Assembly: GCA_965178125.1 (NCBI GenBank)
Contig: OZ237755.1
Span: forward strand, 1-64,000
Source: Bilabrum cf. latius
Taxonomy: Eukaryota
Length of the DNA: 64,000 bases
Direction: 5' to 3'
Position 1 is the first letter of the stretch; every line of letters starts with the position of its first letter. The notes beneath the pieces are model-generated. The model did no database searches and was not told the DNA's origin. It saw nothing but the letters and a program-made list of their open reading frames with translations. This document shows positions 60,539 through 64,000 of the stretch, in pieces. A program made the position numbers and the translations under genes.

Positions 60539-63500
60539 TCATCCCGGCCACCTGGAAGGCCTGAGCGCCCTTCTGCTTTCTTGTGCAGCCTTCACGGCCT
60601 CCCCGCCACCTGGGTCCTCTGATGAGCGACCTCTCGCCCCTGCTCCCGCCCCGACCGATCGACCGGATCCGCCCGCGCCACCGCTGTCACCCCGATCCAG
60701 TCCCCTCGGAGACACACCCCTCCCCAGTTGGGACCCCCGCAATGGAGACACGGAATCCCCCCGCGTCACTAGCCCGCTCCTGCTCCCAGACTGCGAGTCC
60801 CCCTCACCGCCAGCGTCGCCCCGCCTGCGCAGCCGAAGTGCCGCTCGCTGGCCCCGCAGGCCCACAGCACTGCTACCGCGCGCTGTACCAAGTACGGTGG
60901 CTCCGTGCTGTTGCACGACATCCACTCCGGCTGCATCTGCCTGGTGCAAATGGCCGTAGTCCTCGTCCTCCTCTTCCCCTGGCAGCTGCTCGGCCTCAAT
61001 GATGTGCTCCCACCCGTGCAGCACACGATCCATCTGCTGAATTGATGCACCTGAAGGAGCAGCGGCAACCATGGAGCCACCGTAGACAATCCCTCCGGTC
61101 TGATGAGCGCTGCGCCTGGCATCAGCCCCACTGCGTGCCACGCCAGGCATATCACTGATTGCGGCCTCCGCAACCTCAAGGCCGGCCCCAATAGCAGCAG
61201 ATGATTCATTGGATGCGCACACAAGGCAACACGATTCCACTGCCTCCCCGCTGGAAGCGACGAGCTGTTTACAAGCCTCAGATTGTAACAAAGCCAAGCA
61301 GCTCCGCGCCGCAGTGGAGCACTCCGCGGATCGCAAGCAGTAAAGCAGGGCTAAACTAACTCGTGATGGGCCTTGCAGACATCGGGCTACGTGCTAGTTC
61401 CGTATGGTTTCGTACAGGGCGCGGAGGAGTGCAGCCAGAGGCGCAGCAAGTCCGGTCCCTCGGCGAAGGACCTGCGTGCCAGCCGTGTATCCTTTTAGCA
61501 CAACCCCTTCAATAGTATGAAGAGTATGTCCGAGGGCACCCAGCTCGCTGGCTGATATGGAACCGAAACTGAGAGCCCAATCCACCCACGACTCGTACGA
61601 AATATCCACCGGTGGACCACCAGTGGCAGCCGGTCTGCTTTGATGACTGCTCGACCCAGATTGCATATTCACGCTATATTCGAGCGATTTAAGCGGACCT
61701 GCATGGCTGTGCTACTTGTACTCGATCTGGACGTTTTGCGTGCAGCGCATGGTGGATCTAGTCATCACATCATGCCGCACTCACGTGTTTCCTCCCAAAT
61801 CAAGCTGCATCATCTTGAGCGCTCTCTCTACCTTGAGCCTGCGAGCAGCCGCACTAGAGTCCCCGGCTGCTGGTACCGTTGCTGCCTCCTCCTTGGACTC
61901 GCCGTCGCCGGTGGCAGGTGCTGCACTGGCATCTCCGCTGGCAGGATCCCATGCGAGTGGCTCGCCCGCCCCGCCACTGCCCTTGCTGCTGCCAGTGACA
62001 CCCCGCTTGCTCGCCTTCCCTCCCATCCACCCGAATCCCTTAAGATCGTCACCGTCTACCGCCAGAGGCGCCTTTGCCCGAGAGGCGGCCAGCAGCGCCT
62101 CAAGCTGATGGTCCCGCTCAGAGACACGAGGGCCATGACCAGAGCCTTGAACGGAGCCTCGCCGCCCGGCCTCCTCACCCCCTCCCAGGGAGCCACCGAT
62201 CGAGCCGCTGGACCCCCCAGCAATTGCCTCCCGCTCATCCAGTTCCCCAGGATAGCCCGACGGAGCAACAAGCCCAGCAGCCCCTGCCCCTGCTCCTGCT
62301 CCTGCCCCTGCTCCTGCTCCTGCCCCTGCTCCTGCCCCTGCTCCTGCCCCTGCTCCTGCCGCTGCTCCTGCCCCTGCCACTTCCCCACCCTTGGTCCCCA
62401 TCCTGGGACCCCTGAGCTCGTCCAGCCTCCCCGCCTCGAGCAGCTCAAGGGCCCGCACAGCCCTCCCCGCCGCCCTCTCGCTCTCCTCCCTCTCCCGGGC
62501 CAGCCAGCCGGCCGTGTCCACGCCCACGTGCCAGTTAGGATTGCGCCCGCTCGCAGTCAGCGCGCGAGTTAGGATGCCCCTGTTCCCTGGGCCACAGTCC
62601 ACCATGCCCACGTGCCTGCAGCACTTATCCCACCCGGCGGTGAGCAAGTGCAGGTCCATGTGCTGGTGCTGCAGCCGAGCCATGCCGGTCACCGCGCCCG
62701 CGTGCAGCACCGTGGTCCAGCCCACGTGCAGCAAAGCAGGCGCCTGCACATATATGTGAGGCGAGCCTGCTAGCAGCACGGGCTGTCGCTCTGGCGCGAA
62801 TCCCCCCGCCGAAGCGATCTCCACCAGCGCTCGCTTCCTGTCCTGGCCCCCCAACCGGGCCAAAGAGTACACGGAGCTCTTGAGCTCGGCCGACGACATG
62901 TCCAGAGAATGCCGGCGCCGGAGCCCCGGGGCTTGCAGTGGGTTTCCCGCCGCCGCCGCCTCTGCGACCCTGGCCTTGTGCACCTCGAATGCCTTGAGCA
63001 CATCCGTGAGGAGCCAGCGGGACACGCGGCCCTCATCCGAGGCCGTCACCAGGCTGAACGTGTCGGGGCAATAGAGCATGCACGTGGCGTACTCGTGCGT
63101 GTCCTCGTCAGCAGAAGTCGGTGCCACATCGTCCCCACCCTCATCGCCAGAGGGATGGTCAGGACCGGCGCTGTCAACCGCAAAGCCGCCTAAGCCCCTA
63201 CTGGATCCAGGCCGGCCTCCGGACCTGCCGCTGCGTCTGCTGTGTGACTCCCGGATGTCGTGCTTGGCCGCCTCCACCAGCTCGTCCTCTGCCTGCTGCA
63301 GCCCTGGATCGGCCCACTCGTCGGCTTCCCCTCCATACCCCTATCCCTGTCCGCCCGTCCCACTGCCACTGTCTGCAGCCATCGTCCCATCGAAGCGCAT
63401 CTTGCTCACACTCGTGCGCCGAGTCAGGTGCTGCGACAATGCGTCCGATTCCAGGACACCCATCCCCACCCAACCAGCAGAACCACCCCGGCTGCCCCCC

Positions 63501-64000
63501 TTCCTGTCCTCCATGGCCTGCAGCTGGGCGAGCAGGCCACCCACACCTCCTCCTGCTCCTGGGCCCCCATTCTCTCCACCCGCGGCCGCTGCGAACGCCT
63601 CTTTTCGCTGCAGGCTGTGTTTCTCCTGCTGCTTTTTCTTAAAGTCCGAGTAGTCCGCCTTGAATGCATCGGGATACTTTCTCATGAGCTCCAGCCGCTC
63701 CTCGTCCGCCCTGTCCTGCTCCCGCTTGAGTCGACGGCCCTGGATCACAGACATGAAGTCTGCCAGCTTCTTGGCAGCTTTCACCGCGGCCCCCGTGGGG
63801 TCCAACCATGACAGCGGTGCCAGCCGGAATGCAGCCAGCAGAGGCATGGTCCCTGATGACGGGCGCGCGCTCCAGAACGTGATGGTACCCGTTGTGTCCG
63901 CCACGGCGATCACTTGCTCCCTTGTGATTTCAGTGATGCAAGTCACCGCGCCCGCCACCCGGACCCTCGATTCCAGGTGCCCCGTCGTTCGCTGGTAGGC
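60539..64000 (-). CDS. WD40-repeat protein, 5'-truncated by the window edge; probable intron ~61674-61784 (the 3' part could be a separate gene)
   Basis: WD-like repeats IAVADTTGTITFW, LVTASDEGRVSRW, HAGAVTGM..LLTAGWDKCCR. ORFs 63341..63958 and 61781..63277 share a frame, and 61394..61672 and 60539..61336 join via TAG. Confidence 0.6.
62281..62378. repeat. Coding microsatellite (CCTGCT/CCTGCC)n encoding poly-(Gly-Ala) on the minus strand
   Basis: Hexamer run inside the WD40 gene, translating as AGAGAGAG... Confidence 0.85.

Noticed and set aside
1-64000. Suppressor tRNA-Gln(CUA), rRNA or mobile elements within the window
   Set aside because: I recognised no cloverleaf, rRNA, transposase or RT signatures by eye. 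A tRNAscan-SE or Rfam run is needed to exclude them formally.

Overview
Left end of a chromosome from a compact, GC-rich, flagellated eukaryote. A stramenopile, possibly bigyran/bicosoecid-like, is my inference from gene content. The window opens with 112 copies of (CCCTAA) and a G-rich 53-bp subtelomeric tandem array. About 23 tightly packed genes follow, with short (mostly 80-110 nt) GT-AG introns: LYRM5-like, ATG12, RAD50, IFT46, a prolyl-hydroxylase/GlcNAc-transferase fusion, an AKR-like protein, ataxin-10, a CX9C protein, an IQ protein, GSK3, a giant Tudor/EF-hand protein, phosducin-like, Yae1/LTO1-like, CFAP44, a rhomboid, an ENT transporter, a coiled-coil protein, temptin-like, LeuRS, RBM42 and a WD40 protein. 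The main result is a non-standard nuclear genetic code. Most genes are broken in frame only by TAG, TAG sits at conserved glutamine positions, and every reconstructed gene ends in TAA or TGA. So UAG appears to encode Gln while UAA remains a stop, a rare uncoupling of the two codons. The supplied standard-code ORF track therefore fragments most genes. All gene models were reconstructed by eye and family calls come from motif recognition, not database searches.
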